The notes: generated from the letters alone by a model not told the origin. Numbered from the stretch's first letter, positions 8,503-19,601 are shown. The stretch: 64,000 bases of DNA from Candidatus Latescibacterota bacterium (GCA_965237675.1 OZ250150.1:3648001-3712000), one strand, 5' to 3'. Made by a program: numbers and translations.

Positions 8503-10302
8503 ATGAAAAACGGCATTGCCGTGCTGGATTTCGGCGGGCAATACGCCCACCTGATTGCGAACCGCATACGTCGGATGCGGGTCTATTCGGAAGTCTTCGT
8601 TCCCACTGTCGATCCTTCTGACATCGATGGTTTTTCAGGTCTGATTTTCTCTGGAGGTCCCGCGAGTGTCTACGATCCGGATCAGCCCGCGTTCAATCCT
8701 GCACACCTGCATTCCGGGCTGCCCGTGCTTGGGCTCTGTTACGGCCATCAACTGGTGTGCCAGGAACTGGGCGGTGAGGTAGCCCGGGGCGATATCCGGG
8801 AATACGGATCGGCGGAGCTACGGATTCGATCGAGCACCGGGCTCTTTGAGGGTATGGAGGCGTCTCAGGTGGTGTGGATGAGCCACGGCGACGTTGCCAG
8901 CCGCCTGCCGGAGGGGTTTGAGGTGCTGGGTACGACGGAAGATTGCGCAACGGCCGCAGTGGGGGACGTACGTCGCGACATCTTCGGGCTTCAATTCCAC
9001 CCCGAGGTTGCGCATACCGCTCGCGGAATGGAAATGCTGGATAATTTCCTGAATATTTGCAATGCCTCGCGTACCTGGACTATGGCTGGATACGCTGAAT
9101 CGGCGATGGAAGAGATTCAAGAGCAGGTCGGTCACAAACGTGTGTTTCTGCTGGTTTCAGGCGGTGTGGATTCAAGCGTGGCCTTCGCGCTGTTCAACAG
9201 GGCGTTGGGACCGGAGCGGGTGCTGGGACTGCACATCAACAACGGGTTTATGCGCAAGGGGGAGTCCGACGCGGTGGCGGAAGCGCTTCGGGCGGAGGGA
9301 TTCGAGAATCTGATTGTCGAGGATGCAACCGAGGAATTCCTGCTGAGTGTGGAGGGCCTGGTCGAGCCCGAACGGAAACGGCTGGCGGTTGGCCGGGCGT
9401 TTCTCGAAGTCAAGGACCGCGTGCTGGGCCGGATGGAACTGGATTCGGACGGCTGGCTGTTGGGGCAGGGAACACTCTACCCGGATACGATCGAGTCTGG
9501 AGGCACCGAGCACTCGGCGGTAATCAAAACCCACCACAATCGCGTGGATAGGGTTGAAGAACTGATCGCCCGCGGACTGGTGATCGAGCCGTTGGTGCAT
9601 CTGTACAAAGATGAAGTGCGCGAACTGGGGCTCGCGCTCGGCCTGCCCCCGCATCTGGTCTGGCGTCAACCCTTTCCCGGACCGGGGCTGTCCGTGCGCT
9701 GCCTCTGCTCCCGTGGCGAACGGTCTGGTGCGGCAGATGCTGATGCCGAGGAAGCGGCGCACGATATCGCCACCCGGGCCGGGCTTGGGCTCCGTGTGCT
9801 GCCGCTTCAGAGCGTGGGCGTACAGGGAGACTTCCGTACCTACGCACACCCGGCGGTGGTTTGGGGAGACGCGGATTGGACGATGCTGGAGGATGTTTCC
9901 ACGCGAATTACGAATGCCGTACGTTCGATCAATCGGGTGATTTATCTGCTGGCGCCAGCGTCACCACCGCCACTGAAGCTGAAGCGGGCATTTCTGACGC
10001 GGCCCCGTCTGGACCTGCTGAGAGAGGTGGATGCGCTCGCGATGGCTGCCCTGGAGCGTGAGGGCCTGTTGATGTCGGTCTCTCAGATGCCCACCGTCTT
10101 ATTGCCGCTGACATCCGACGGCATCGCGGAAACCGTGGCCTTGAGACCTGTGGAGACGCCGGACTTTATGACGGCGCGGTTTTCCGCGCTGTCGTTTGAT
10201 TTTGTGCGGAAACTTGCAGGTGAGATTCTGGCTGAAGAGGGCATCGAGGCGGTGTTTTACGATGTGACGCACAAACCGCCCGGTACGGTCGAGTGGGAAT
10301 AG
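8503..10302 (+). CDS. guaA: GMP synthase (glutamine-hydrolysing), long form
   Basis: LDFGGQY, GLCYGHQ, QFHPEV, SGGVDS, QGTLYPD.IES, IKTHHN, KPPGTVEWE; SD GGAGGAG. Confidence 0.95.
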   Translation: MKNGIAVLDFGGQYAHLIANRIRRMRVYSEVFVPTVDPSDIDGFSGLIFSGGPASVYDPDQPAFNPAHLHSGLPVLGLCYGHQLVCQELGGEVARGDIREYGSAELRIRSSTGLFEGMEASQVVWMSHGDVASRLPEGFEVLGTTEDCATAAVGDVRRDIFGLQFHPEVAHTARGMEMLDNFLNICNASRTWTMAGYAESAMEEIQEQVGHKRVFLLVSGGVDSSVAFALFNRALGPERVLGLHINNGFMRKGESDAVAEALRAEGFENLIVEDATEEFLLSVEGLVEPERKRLAVGRAFLEVKDRVLGRMELDSDGWLLGQGTLYPDTIESGGTEHSAVIKTHHNRVDRVEELIARGLVIEPLVHLYKDEVRELGLALGLPPHLVWRQPFPGPGLSVRCLCSRGERSGAADADAEEAAHDIATRAGLGLRVLPLQSVGVQGDFRTYAHPAVVWGDADWTMLEDVSTRITNAVRSINRVIYLLAPASPPPLKLKRAFLTRPRLDLLREVDALAMAALEREGLLMSVSQMPTVLLPLTSDGIAETVALRPVETPDFMTARFSALSFDFVRKLAGEILAEEGIEAVFYDVTHKPPGTVEWE

Positions 10303-10404
10303 AGTCAGGATCCCGGAACCTCATCCCGGCTGCGACGGTTTCATCCGTGGCGCGGTCCGGACCATCGCAACCTGGCAATACATCCGCAAGTGGAGGAGCG
10401 GACC

Positions 10405-10842
10405 ATGAATGAAGTCAACTATATCGCTGTCTTGATTGCCGGTATTGTACCGATGATCGTTGGCGCCATCTGGTATGGCCCGCTGTTTGGAAAGCGGTGG
10501 CTTGAATACATGGAGACGACCGAGGAGGAGATACGGAAGGACTTCAACCCGGTCAAGACATACGGCGTGAGCTTTTTGCTGGCGCTTATCACCGCGTACA
10601 TCCTGGCTCAGCTTCTCGCCGGTATGGGCGGGCCCGGGAATGTCTCTTCAATGACGGGCAGCGGAGGGAATGGGATGGTTGGCCTCCACCTGGCGCTGAT
10701 GGCGTTGATCGCCTTTGTGTTGCCCGTGGCGTACCAGTCTGTGGCGTTCGAGGGGCGGAAGTCGGGCCTTTTCTGGCTCAGCCTGGGGTACAACGGGGTC
10801 GCGCTTTTCGGACAGGCGCTGGTCATCGGGATTTGGATCTGA
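10405..10842 (+). CDS. DUF1761 family membrane protein
   Basis: NYIAVLIA...GAIWYGPLFGKRW; four hydrophobic segments; SD GGAGGAG. Confidence 0.8.
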   Translation: MNEVNYIAVLIAGIVPMIVGAIWYGPLFGKRWLEYMETTEEEIRKDFNPVKTYGVSFLLALITAYILAQLLAGMGGPGNVSSMTGSGGNGMVGLHLALMALIAFVLPVAYQSVAFEGRKSGLFWLSLGYNGVALFGQALVIGIWI

Positions 10843-11037
10843 CGCGATGCCCCCGCCGTCTCTCAGTTCACAGCGGCTCGAATCGTGGTCGGACCGGGCG
10901 ACGGCGCGATCCGTCACGCGGTGCGCCTGAGATGAAGCGCGAATACGGGAAAGGGGGATGGCAAGAAGCCGGGGGAGAATACAAAGACGTCGATTCGGAA
11001 CGGGAGAGGTATCGAAGTCGGTTGTGGATCCGACCGG

Positions 11038-11712
11038 TCAGTCGGAGGCGACGGCCGTTTTTTCGTCCAGTGCAAAGCGATCAACTGAGACGGATTGCTC
11101 AAGAAGCCGGTGGCGGGCGGCAAAAGCGGCCTTGACCCTGGAACCGAGAAGGACGCAGGTGAAGAAGACGGCGCCGCCGGCGAGCATGAGGTTGGTCAGG
11201 TTGAGCAGGTTGCCAATCATGACAATGAGCAAATACCGCGGAAATCGACCGAGGAACACGGCGACGAGGTATCTCGGGAAGGGATAACCGCTTGCGGGAC
11301 TGAGAATCCGGAATATGTAGAACGGTATGAACGGAACCAGCGCCGCGAACCAGATCGAAAAAAAGGGCGCTTTCATGAAATAATGGACAGCGCCCTTGTA
11401 GACATCGCTCTCGCGGGTCCGCTTGATCCTGGGGTTCCGAAAGGCGAAGTTGATGGCCCGATAATCCACGAAGCAGGCGATCATCGTGCCCGCAACGGCG
11501 GCGAACGCGGCCACGACGGGATGGTAGGATCGGCCGAGGAAAACGAGCGCGGCTTCATGGGGGAAGGGAACGAAAGAGTTGGCGGGAATGCTGTAGAAGA
11601 AAAGAAGCGAAAGGTTGCGGTAATCCGGCAACAGGAGCGCCATAACGCCGGCCACTGTGAACAGGCCGGCGGACGCACCGAGAAACCTTTTCCAGCCCTG
11701 ACTGATTTTCAT
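11038..11712 (-). CDS. VTT/DedA (SNARE-associated) family membrane protein
   Basis: NSFVPFPHE, AGTMIAC..DY, PFIPF, FLGRFPRY. Confidence 0.7.
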   Translation of the reverse strand: MKISQGWKRFLGASAGLFTVAGVMALLLPDYRNLSLLFFYSIPANSFVPFPHEAALVFLGRSYHPVVAAFAAVAGTMIACFVDYRAINFAFRNPRIKRTRESDVYKGAVHYFMKAPFFSIWFAALVPFIPFYIFRILSPASGYPFPRYLVAVFLGRFPRYLLIVMIGNLLNLTNLMLAGGAVFFTCVLLGSRVKAAFAARHRLLEQSVSVDRFALDEKTAVASD

Positions 11713-11856
11713 AGCGGACAGACCCGTGTTCGGAAGGGAAATTCAGACGTCATAATATAAGTAGATCTTTTGAATGTGTCAATGTGTTTTTAGTGGGCGT
11801 TCTGAATGGTACCGATTTGGCGACGTAATACCGATGCTGTCCGCGGTGTACGATAC

Positions 11857-13209
11857 CTAAAACGTGCTATCCGTTGTGGTTTCCGGGCACCAGCGGGCCG
11901 TGGTCAACGCCGGGATGAGGGCGTTCAGCGCAGCGGAAGTACCGATTCGTCTGAGCGCTTCGGCCGCGTTGCCGCGCACGTACCGGTTGCAGTCCGCAAG
12001 CGCAGCGAGGAGGTCCGGAACGGCGGATTCCGCTCCCGGTCCAAGCTTGGCCAGGGCCAGTGCAGCGGTGCGACGCGTGTCGCCCGAGGCGTCGTCCAGT
12101 TGTTTGCTCAGGCCTGAAATCACGCCAGGTTCAGCAACGGCGATATTGCCCAGGGCCTCCGCAGACCAACGGCGGACGTCCGGATTTCCGTGTTCGAGCG
12201 CGTCGACCATGGGGGGTACGGCCTCGTTGGCGCCTCCTCCGATATCCGCCAGGATCTCTGCGGCGATGGCCGGGCCGTTTTCAATCCTTTCAATCACACT
12301 GGGAACCGCTGGCGCACCCATCGCACTAAGGGCATAGGCCGAGTTGCGGCGAACCGATTCCGTCTTGTCTTCCAGAAGTTTCATAAGGGTCGGTATGGCG
12401 GGTGTCCCGATCGCGGCGAGCCGGTAGGCCGCATTCAGGGCGATGTCTTCGTGTGCGTGGCAAAGGTCGCGCGCAATACCGTCCACCGGAGCGTTTACGG
12501 CACTTGTGGAGGAACGTCCCCGGTGCCAGTGCCAGAGGTGGTCCCAAAGCCGGGAGCGTGGTTCCGCGTCATTCCAGCCATTCAGCGTCCGGCACCCGGA
12601 CGCTGAATGCTGCCAGCTTGGACTGACAGGTTCCTGCATTCGCACAAACAGGAATTTCATCATGTAACGGGACCGGTCGGCGGTATTCGACATCGCACGG
12701 TGCCAAAGGTCGTAGTGTACGATCGTGACGTCACCCGCCTCACCGCAAAGTGGCAGTTCGTCGCTATCGTCTGCGCTATAGGTGTTGTTGAAGTGACTGC
12801 CCGGCACCACGCAGGTGGGGCCCAGGCGCTCCGGCGTCGGCTGAGGATAATAAAACGCCATGGCCCATCGTGTATGGTGGTGCCGCCGGCTCCAGCCGTC
12901 CTTGTGCATGCGTTGGCCGGGGCTATCCGGCGGGTTGCGATGGCAGTGTCGATGAGGATGCATATAATAGTCGGTACCCAGAAGACCGGTGAGCGCGCCG
13001 GCCACGTTCGGGTCATCGAAGACCTGCCTTATTGCGGGTAACCTGGGCAGAAGGTTATTGCCGGGGTTACCCTCTTTTGTGAATATGCAATCGGTACGAT
13101 CGTAGATGTCTTTGTGAAACTCCGGAGGAAGATCGGTCCCAACGGTAATGAAACCGTTGACGACGTAGAACCGCATCTGTTCGTCTGTGAGCAGCTTGAT
13201 TTCCCGCAT
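11857..13209 (-). CDS. phytanoyl-CoA dioxygenase (PhyH) family domain fused to HEAT/PBS-lyase repeats
   Basis: HKD...GPT.VVPGSH...WHRAMSN..RYMMKF 2-His-1-Asp set; C-terminal VRR.AA.AL repeats. Confidence 0.85.
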   Translation of the reverse strand: MREIKLLTDEQMRFYVVNGFITVGTDLPPEFHKDIYDRTDCIFTKEGNPGNNLLPRLPAIRQVFDDPNVAGALTGLLGTDYYMHPHRHCHRNPPDSPGQRMHKDGWSRRHHHTRWAMAFYYPQPTPERLGPTCVVPGSHFNNTYSADDSDELPLCGEAGDVTIVHYDLWHRAMSNTADRSRYMMKFLFVRMQEPVSPSWQHSASGCRTLNGWNDAEPRSRLWDHLWHWHRGRSSTSAVNAPVDGIARDLCHAHEDIALNAAYRLAAIGTPAIPTLMKLLEDKTESVRRNSAYALSAMGAPAVPSVIERIENGPAIAAEILADIGGGANEAVPPMVDALEHGNPDVRRWSAEALGNIAVAEPGVISGLSKQLDDASGDTRRTAALALAKLGPGAESAVPDLLAALADCNRYVRGNAAEALRRIGTSAALNALIPALTTARWCPETTTDSTF

Positions 13210-13231
13210 GGAAGAACCTCTCCTTCCGACT

Positions 13232-14419
13232 TTACATCGGCCGACGACCGGATTGCCGAGGGTGCGCCAGCAGGGCTTCCTCGACGACTTCCGTGCCCCA
13301 GCCCGCACCGGCGGGGATGGCCATACGCCCATCGACGATCCGGGGCGGGTTCGTAACCAGGTCGTCTTTCCACGGCACGTCGTCGATGTCGATCTCCATG
13401 ATACGAACGTTGGGCAGCACGGCGCAAAGGCTCGCGCTGATGAACGATGCGAGATGGCTGTAGTAGTTGTGCGGTGCCACGTTCAGCTGATAGACTTCGG
13501 CGAGGTCTCCAATCTTCTTTGTCTGCGCGAAGCCGTTCCACGGTACGTCAACCATGAACACGTCGGCCGCGTGGCGTTCAAAATACGGGATATAGCCGCG
13601 CATGTGGAATAAATTTTCGCCGGTGCAGATGGGGGTGGTGGTGGACTGTTTGATCCGCAGGATGGCCTCAGGGTTGTACATGTCTATTTCAAGCCAGAGC
13701 AGTCTGAACGGTTCCAGGGTTTTCGCGATGCGCATGCACGCTTCCGGTTTGAAGTTGAAGTTGAGATCCAGGTTGAGGTCGAAATCGGGCCCCACGGCGT
13801 CCCTGAGGGTTCCCACGAGGGCTTCGATATGGGTCAGCATGCGTGTGGAAATGGCCTGGTCGGTCGTCCCGGGTCCCCCGGAAAAACCGGGAAAGTAGAC
13901 CGAACCGGGATTGCCTGGCAAAAGGATGTTGGTCTTGAGCGCGGTGAAGCCGCGTTGAACGACTTCCCGGCCCAGCGCGGCTACGTCACTCAGGTCTCGC
14001 ACCGGCGGCGTTCCGATGAGTTCGTGCGCCCGGATGCGGCTCGTGCCGCAGTGCGACCAGTAGAGACGGATATCGTCACGGGTCGGACCCCCGAAAAGCT
14101 CGGTTACGGATATCCCGAGGGACCGTGCTTTAATGTCGACGAGGGCCAGTTCTATTCCGGCGATGGCTTTGGCGGTCGCGCCGTCCGGGCTCTGGCGGCC
14201 CCACCGGGCCATATCCCAGAATCGCATTTCAAATGGACGCGGATCCCGGCCGATGAGCACGGGCTTGAGGTCTTCGATGGCGCCCTCGATGCTGAGGGGC
14301 ATTTTGTCGTCGCTGCATTCGCCCCATCCGGTGATACCGCTGTCGGTCTCGACCTTGACGAATAACCAGCAACGCCAGCCCGCGTCGACGTGGAACGTCC
14401 GGATGTCGGTGATTCTCAT
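13232..14419 (-). CDS. mandelate racemase/muconate-lactonising (enolase superfamily) acid-sugar dehydratase-like
   Basis: FVKVETDSGITGWGE, ALVDIKAR, KxN, ICTGE, APHN. Confidence 0.85.
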   Translation of the reverse strand: MRITDIRTFHVDAGWRCWLFVKVETDSGITGWGECSDDKMPLSIEGAIEDLKPVLIGRDPRPFEMRFWDMARWGRQSPDGATAKAIAGIELALVDIKARSLGISVTELFGGPTRDDIRLYWSHCGTSRIRAHELIGTPPVRDLSDVAALGREVVQRGFTALKTNILLPGNPGSVYFPGFSGGPGTTDQAISTRMLTHIEALVGTLRDAVGPDFDLNLDLNFNFKPEACMRIAKTLEPFRLLWLEIDMYNPEAILRIKQSTTTPICTGENLFHMRGYIPYFERHAADVFMVDVPWNGFAQTKKIGDLAEVYQLNVAPHNYYSHLASFISASLCAVLPNVRIMEIDIDDVPWKDDLVTNPPRIVDGRMAIPAGAGWGTEVVEEALLAHPRQSGRRPM

Positions 14420-14633
14420 TGTACCTGCCCTTTCCGCGATTCAGTACCGCCCGGTGGTGTACCGCGATTCGACCCGTCCGCCAGTGTCCGCGTTTCCGTT
14501 GTCACGCGATGATTACCGCGATCGGGTGGGGAACGGCGGCTAACTGGTTTCTATCCGGTTTTTCGCTTTCGTTACGCACTCTGTTCAATGAAATGATACT
14601 TCAGGGTGAGGCCCTGCTCCGTTAGGCGCCACA

Positions 14634-14673
14634 TAAAGAAACAGGGGGTGCTGTTCGCCCCCCTGTTTCTTTA
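14634..14673 (-). terminator. intrinsic terminator downstream of glnA
   Basis: TAAAGAAACAGGGGG...CCCCCTGTTTCTTTA inverted repeat. Confidence 0.75.
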
Positions 14674-14698
14674 ATTGCGTGTTGTCTGCTGTTGGGAA

Positions 14699-16117
14699 CT
14701 ACGCGTCGAAATAAAGCGCGAATTCGTAAGGATGCGGCCTCAGTCGGAGCGCGTCGATCTCGTTCTCCCTCTTGTAACTGATCCACGTATCGATCACGTC
14801 TTTCGTGAAAACGTCACCCTTGAGAAGGAATTCGTGATCGGCTTCCAGCGCGTCGATGGATTCGGCCAGCGATCCGGGAGTCTGGGGAATCTTGGCCAGT
14901 TCTTCGGGCTCCAGTTCGTAGAGATCCTTGTCCAGGGGTTCGCCCGGATCGATCTTGTTCCGGATCCCATCCAGGCCGGCCATAAGCATGGCTGCGAATG
15001 CCAGGTAGGGGTTACACGTGGGGTCCGGACAGCGAAACTCGATCCGCTTGGCCTTCGGGCTGGGGGAATACATCGGGATGCGCACGCACGCGCTTCGATT
15101 GCGCTGGGAGTACGCCAGGTTGACCGGGGCCTCGTATCCGGGTACGAGACGTTTGTAGGAGTTCGTGGTGGGCGCGGCGAAAGCCAGCAGCGCCGGTGCG
15201 TGCTTGAGGATCCCGCCGGCGTAATGGAGCGCCGCGTCGCTCAAGCCCGCGTATCCGGAGCCCGCGAACAGGGGGTCGTCGCCGTTCCAGAGGCTCTGGT
15301 GGACGTGCATCCCGGTGCCGTTGTCTTCAAAGAGCGGCTTGGGCATAAATGTGGCGGTCTTGCCGTGCCGTTTTGCGGTGTTCTTCACGATCCACTTGTA
15401 CTTGATGAGTTGATCGGCGCACGATACAAGCGGTGCGAAGCGGAAATCGATTTCGCATTGGCCGCCGGTCGCCACTTCATGGTGGTGCGCTTCCACATTG
15501 ATTCCGCAGTCGATCATATGCAGGATCATTTCGCTCCGGATATCCTGCAGGGTGTCGGTGGGAGGCAGTGGAAAGTACCCCTCCTTGTAGCCGGGCTTGT
15601 AACCCAGGTTCGGGCCCTCGTCGCGACCGGTATTCCATCGGCCTTCCACGGAATCGACGTGGTAGTAGCCCGAGTTGGGGGTCTGGTCGAAGCGGATATC
15701 GTCGAAAACGAAAAATTCGGCCTCGGGGCCGAAGGTGGCCAGATCCGCGATTCCCGTGGATTGCAGGTAATTCTCGGCCTTTCGCGCCACGGTTCTCGGA
15801 TCGCGTGTGTAGCGTTCTCTCGTGATCGGGTCTTCAATGTCACAGATCATCGCGAGCGTGGGGATTTCAAGGAACGGATCGATAAACGCCGTATTGGAAT
15901 CGGGCACGACGAGCATATCGCTTTCGTCGATGGACTGCCATCCCCGGATGCTGGAACCGTCGAAGCCGAGGCCGTCTTCGAAGGTGTCCGCATCGACTTC
16001 GCCCGCGGGCAGGGAAAAGTGCTGCCACTGCCCCGGAAAGTCCGTAAACCGGAAGTCTACGATTTTAACGTCGTTTTCCTTGATCATGTCCAGGACTTCT
16101 TGAGACGTTCGGCCCAT
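14699..16117 (-). CDS. glnA: glutamine synthetase type I
   Basis: [53 protein letters not shown]. Confidence 0.97.
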   Translation of the reverse strand: MGRTSQEVLDMIKENDVKIVDFRFTDFPGQWQHFSLPAGEVDADTFEDGLGFDGSSIRGWQSIDESDMLVVPDSNTAFIDPFLEIPTLAMICDIEDPITRERYTRDPRTVARKAENYLQSTGIADLATFGPEAEFFVFDDIRFDQTPNSGYYHVDSVEGRWNTGRDEGPNLGYKPGYKEGYFPLPPTDTLQDIRSEMILHMIDCGINVEAHHHEVATGGQCEIDFRFAPLVSCADQLIKYKWIVKNTAKRHGKTATFMPKPLFEDNGTGMHVHQSLWNGDDPLFAGSGYAGLSDAALHYAGGILKHAPALLAFAAPTTNSYKRLVPGYEAPVNLAYSQRNRSACVRIPMYSPSPKAKRIEFRCPDPTCNPYLAFAAMLMAGLDGIRNKIDPGEPLDKDLYELEPEELAKIPQTPGSLAESIDALEADHEFLLKGDVFTKDVIDTWISYKRENEIDALRLRPHPYEFALYFDA

Positions 16118-16356
16118 TCTGCGGCTCCTTTCGCGCGTTGGGAGTTTATGCGGTCTTTATATTTATGTCAGAACGAATCCGTTACGGAGCAAATATACGG
16201 GACATATATTTCGTTTATATTTCTATTTTATTAAATCTATGTTAATAGATGCGTCTGCGGGCCAGGCAGGGATATCGTGGCAGATGCATTGCCACCGGCA
16301 TTGCGGCACAGGCGCAGGGACTCGATTTTCCCCGTTCCGCCGCTGCCCCAAAAGGC

Positions 16357-16385
16357 TTGACAATGCAGTTGCATTCGTTTATCAT
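16357..16385 (+). promoter_or_regulatory. sigma70-type promoter of hrcA-grpE-dnaJ
   Basis: TTGACA-N17-TATCAT; palindrome AATGCA-GT-TGCATT in spacer. Confidence 0.65.
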
Positions 16386-16599
16386 TTCTTGGAATATGGC
16401 GTTAGCCAGGTTCCGAAAACTGAAACAGCCTCCTGCCATCCGGGTTGGTGTTGCCGTACGGTATGCATTGAACGCCGCCCTTCATGCATTGTAATTCTCC
16501 CCCGGAAGAAGCCGTCGAAGGGTTATTTTCTTCTACTTAACGGGCATCTCCCCCGGCCCCCGCGGTTTTTCTCTGACTCCAGGAGAAGGGGTGGGTCGT

Positions 16600-17631
16600 A
16601 TGTTGCAGTTACAGCAGCGGGAAGTAGCTATTCTGGATATTCTCGTCAGTACGCATGTCAGTACCGGTGAGCCCGTCGGATCGCGGGCCATCGCCAGGTC
16701 GGGGATGGGTCTCAGTTCGGCCACGGTGCGCAACTCGATGGCCGACCTGGAGGATAAGGGCCTGCTCACCCAGCCGCATACGTCGGCCGGCCGCGTGCCC
16801 ACGGATAAAGGCTACCGCTATTACGTCGACAGAGTGATGCCCAGAGAGATGCTGGAGGAAGAGGAATGCGATCAGATTCGCGAACGGGTACGTGCCGCCG
16901 TCCGGAAGGGTGATGTCGAGGTATTGCTCGAGCAGATGTCCAGAGTGATCGCCGATCTCTCAATGAATCTGGGAATGGTTCTCTCGCCGAGGTTCGAGCA
17001 GGGGGTTTTTGACCGCCTGGAAATAGTCCATCTTTCCGAGGGCAGGCTCCTTCTGGTGCTTGCGATCAGGTCCGGGCTGGTGAAGACGATGGTGATGGAG
17101 GTGGACTCGGCCATCACGCCCGGCGAATTGGACGAGACGTCACGAGCGGTAAACGAACGCCTATCCGGTCTCAGTGTTGCGGAGATTCGAGATTCGGTCG
17201 CCGAGCGGCTCCGGGCGGTTTCGCATGGGTCTCCCAGGCTGCTGCGTGTGCTGTGTGATAGCGCGCCAAACCTTTTCCGGTTCCATAGCGGGATGGATCT
17301 GCATTTCGGCGGGGCCGGCAACTTCATTATGCAGCCGGAGTTCAGCCGCAAGAAAAACGACCTGGCCGCACTGATGGAATTGCTTGAAGCGCGGGAACCG
17401 ATGATTACGATCCTGGACGAACGGACCGAACAGGACGGAATATCCGTTACGATCGGCACCGAAAACGGTCCGCCGGAACTCCGTGGCTGCAGCGTACTTA
17501 CGTCAAGATATAAGGTTGGCGCCATCTCCGGGGTCATCGGGCTGATCGGCCCCACCCGTATCCCGTACGCGAGGCTGATTCCTTTGACGCGGTATATGGC
17601 AGCCCTGGCCGAGGAAATGTTGGATCATTAG
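16600..17631 (+). CDS. hrcA: heat-inducible transcription repressor HrcA
   Basis: EPVGSR, SSATVRNSMADLE, QPHTSAGRVPTDKGYRYYVD, IGPTR. Confidence 0.95.
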   Translation: MLQLQQREVAILDILVSTHVSTGEPVGSRAIARSGMGLSSATVRNSMADLEDKGLLTQPHTSAGRVPTDKGYRYYVDRVMPREMLEEEECDQIRERVRAAVRKGDVEVLLEQMSRVIADLSMNLGMVLSPRFEQGVFDRLEIVHLSEGRLLLVLAIRSGLVKTMVMEVDSAITPGELDETSRAVNERLSGLSVAEIRDSVAERLRAVSHGSPRLLRVLCDSAPNLFRFHSGMDLHFGGAGNFIMQPEFSRKKNDLAALMELLEAREPMITILDERTEQDGISVTIGTENGPPELRGCSVLTSRYKVGAISGVIGLIGPTRIPYARLIPLTRYMAALAEEMLDH

Positions 17632-17652
17632 CAGGAGGAAACACGGGCGCAT

Positions 17653-18246
17653 ATGGTAAATTCTGACGAAGTGAGCGGCGAGGAAACCCAGGAGGAAACC
17701 ACCGAAGCGGAAGCTTGCGAGGAAGCGGAGGCGCCGGATCCTCTCGCAGAGGCCCTCCGTGAGTCGGAACAATATAAGGATCGGTGGCTGAGGCTGGTGG
17801 CCGAGTTCGACAACTACAAGAAACGGAGGTCAAGGGAGTTCGATGCTCTGGTGCGTTCGGCCAGCGAGAACCTGATTCGAGACTTGCTGCCGGTTCTCGA
17901 TTCGGTTGCTCGAGCACTGGACCATCGCGCCGGCGGCCAGGAGGATTCCGAGGGATTCAAGCAGGGCGTCGCCATGATTATGGAGCAATTCCCCAAAGTC
18001 CTCCAGCGCCGCGGTCTTTCGGAGATCGAGGCCGCGGGCGAGCCGTTCGACCCGAACTTTCACGAAGCGTTGATGCAGATGCCTTCGGACGAACACGCCG
18101 AGGGGCTGGTGATGGACGTGGTGGAACGAGGGTACTGTCTCGGCGATAAGGTGATCCGGCCCGCCAGGGTTGTTGTGAGCGGGGGGAGCGCGGCGGAGGA
18201 ACCCGAAAGTGACGATGAAGCGGAGAACGAGAGTGAAGCGCGTTAA
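17653..18246 (+). CDS. grpE: nucleotide exchange factor GrpE
   Basis: AEFDNYKKR, LLPVLD, FDPNFHEA, RPARVVV. Confidence 0.95.
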   Translation: MVNSDEVSGEETQEETTEAEACEEAEAPDPLAEALRESEQYKDRWLRLVAEFDNYKKRRSREFDALVRSASENLIRDLLPVLDSVARALDHRAGGQEDSEGFKQGVAMIMEQFPKVLQRRGLSEIEAAGEPFDPNFHEALMQMPSDEHAEGLVMDVVERGYCLGDKVIRPARVVVSGGSAAEEPESDDEAENESEAR

Positions 18247-18303
18247 TCCTGAGCAGGGCCGGAATTCGGCTCTGTTGTCTGTTTTGCCCGACAGGAACGG
18301 ATA

Positions 18304-19461
18304 ATGTCCAAACGGGACTATTACGAGGTTCTCGGATTGCAACGCGAGGCAACCGAGAGCGACATCAAAAAAGTCTACCGAAAACAGGCGATGAAATTTC
18401 ACCCCGACCGAAATGCGGGGGATGAAGAGGCCGCGGCCAAATTCAAGGAGGCCGCCGAAGCATACGAGGTCTTAGGCGATGCCCAGAAACGGCGGGTCTA
18501 CGACCAGTATGGGCATGCGGGCCTGGGCGGCCCGTTCCAGGGCGGCGGATTTCAATGGTCCGACTTTACCCGTGCAACCGATTTCGAGGATATCTTCTCC
18601 AACCTCGACGACGTGTTCGGTGGCGGCATCCTGGGGGATCTGTTCGGCCGTCGCGGCGGGCGGCGGGCCCCCCAGCGCGGGGAAGACCTCCGTATTCCGC
18701 TCAGGTTGAGCCTGGAGGAGATTGCATCCGGCGTCCAGAAAAAGATCCGGTTTGCCCGGATGGACAGGTGCGACACCTGCGGTGGCAGCGGAGCTCGATC
18801 CGGCGCGGGCGCCAGGACATGCGGCGTTTGCAACGGGATGGGCCAGGTGCGCCAGGCCACGCGATCTTTATTCGGTCAGTTTGTGAATGTAACCACGTGC
18901 CCCCAGTGCAACGGCGAAGGCAAGGTGATCGGCGACCGCTGTCCCGACTGCGGCGGCGAGGGAAGGGCGAAAAAGACCGTCAGTCTGGCCGTCAATATTC
19001 CGGCGGGCGTCACCGACGGCAACTATATTCCGTTGCGGGGGCAGGGCAGCGTCGGACCCCGAGACGGCGCCGCCGGAGATTGCATGGTTCTGATCGAAGA
19101 GGCGGAGCACGATCATTTCGAGCGGCACGGCAACGATATCCTCTATGAGTTGCCCATCGGCTTCAGCCAGGCGGCGCTGGGCGCCGATGTGACGGTGCGC
19201 ACGTTGAACGGCAGGGCGGAAATGAAGATTCCGGCAGGAACCCAGTCCGGGCAGATTTTTCGCCTGAAGGGCAAAGGGATTCCCGAAGTGAATGGATATC
19301 GTACCGGAGACCAGCTTGTCCGTGTGATGGTCTGGACACCTGCACGTCTCAATGACGAAGAGAAGGAGCTGTTCCGGCAACTCGCGCAACTTGAGAATAT
19401 ACAGCCGCCGGAGGGCGGAAAAGGCCTATTTGAACGCATGAGGGAGGCGTTCAGCGGGTAG
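18304..19461 (+). CDS. dnaJ: molecular chaperone DnaJ
   Basis: J-domain HPD, four CxxCxGxG zinc motifs. Confidence 0.97.
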   Translation: MSKRDYYEVLGLQREATESDIKKVYRKQAMKFHPDRNAGDEEAAAKFKEAAEAYEVLGDAQKRRVYDQYGHAGLGGPFQGGGFQWSDFTRATDFEDIFSNLDDVFGGGILGDLFGRRGGRRAPQRGEDLRIPLRLSLEEIASGVQKKIRFARMDRCDTCGGSGARSGAGARTCGVCNGMGQVRQATRSLFGQFVNVTTCPQCNGEGKVIGDRCPDCGGEGRAKKTVSLAVNIPAGVTDGNYIPLRGQGSVGPRDGAAGDCMVLIEEAEHDHFERHGNDILYELPIGFSQAALGADVTVRTLNGRAEMKIPAGTQSGQIFRLKGKGIPEVNGYRTGDQLVRVMVWTPARLNDEEKELFRQLAQLENIQPPEGGKGLFERMREAFSG

Positions 19462-19601
19462 GGGGAACCCCCTCAATAACTCCAGGGCCGCATCGCGAAA
19501 GCCGCCAACGACCGCGCTGGCGCCGGATTGCGATCCGGATTACCGGCGCCTGGCGCGGATGAGCCGGGTGGGTCCGGCCGTTCGTCAATTTTCCCGGACC
19601 A

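Noticed and set aside
8503-10302. Long, eukaryote-like GuaA (and NUDT6-like Nudix) as evidence of transfer from a eukaryote
   Set aside because: Both forms are known in diverse bacteria; cannot be supported without phylogeny
14434-14522. Repeated CCGCGAT-like words upstream of the enolase-family gene
   Set aside because: Irregular spacing (28, 26, 16, 12) and short; compatible with chance at this GC content
14560-14632. CGCC..GGAGCA resembling a glycine riboswitch on the minus strand
   Set aside because: GGAGA and CTCTCAGG core elements absent
14675-16234. Long antisense/alternate-frame ORFs (e.g. 519 aa opposite glnA, 506 aa at 2895, 459 aa at 22474)
   Set aside because: Shadow ORFs expected from high GC3 codon bias; the overlapping frame has clear family motifs
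16120-16250. GlnR/TnrA or sigma54 site upstream of glnA
   Set aside because: AT-rich, but no convincing TGTNA-N7-TNACA or -24/-12 match
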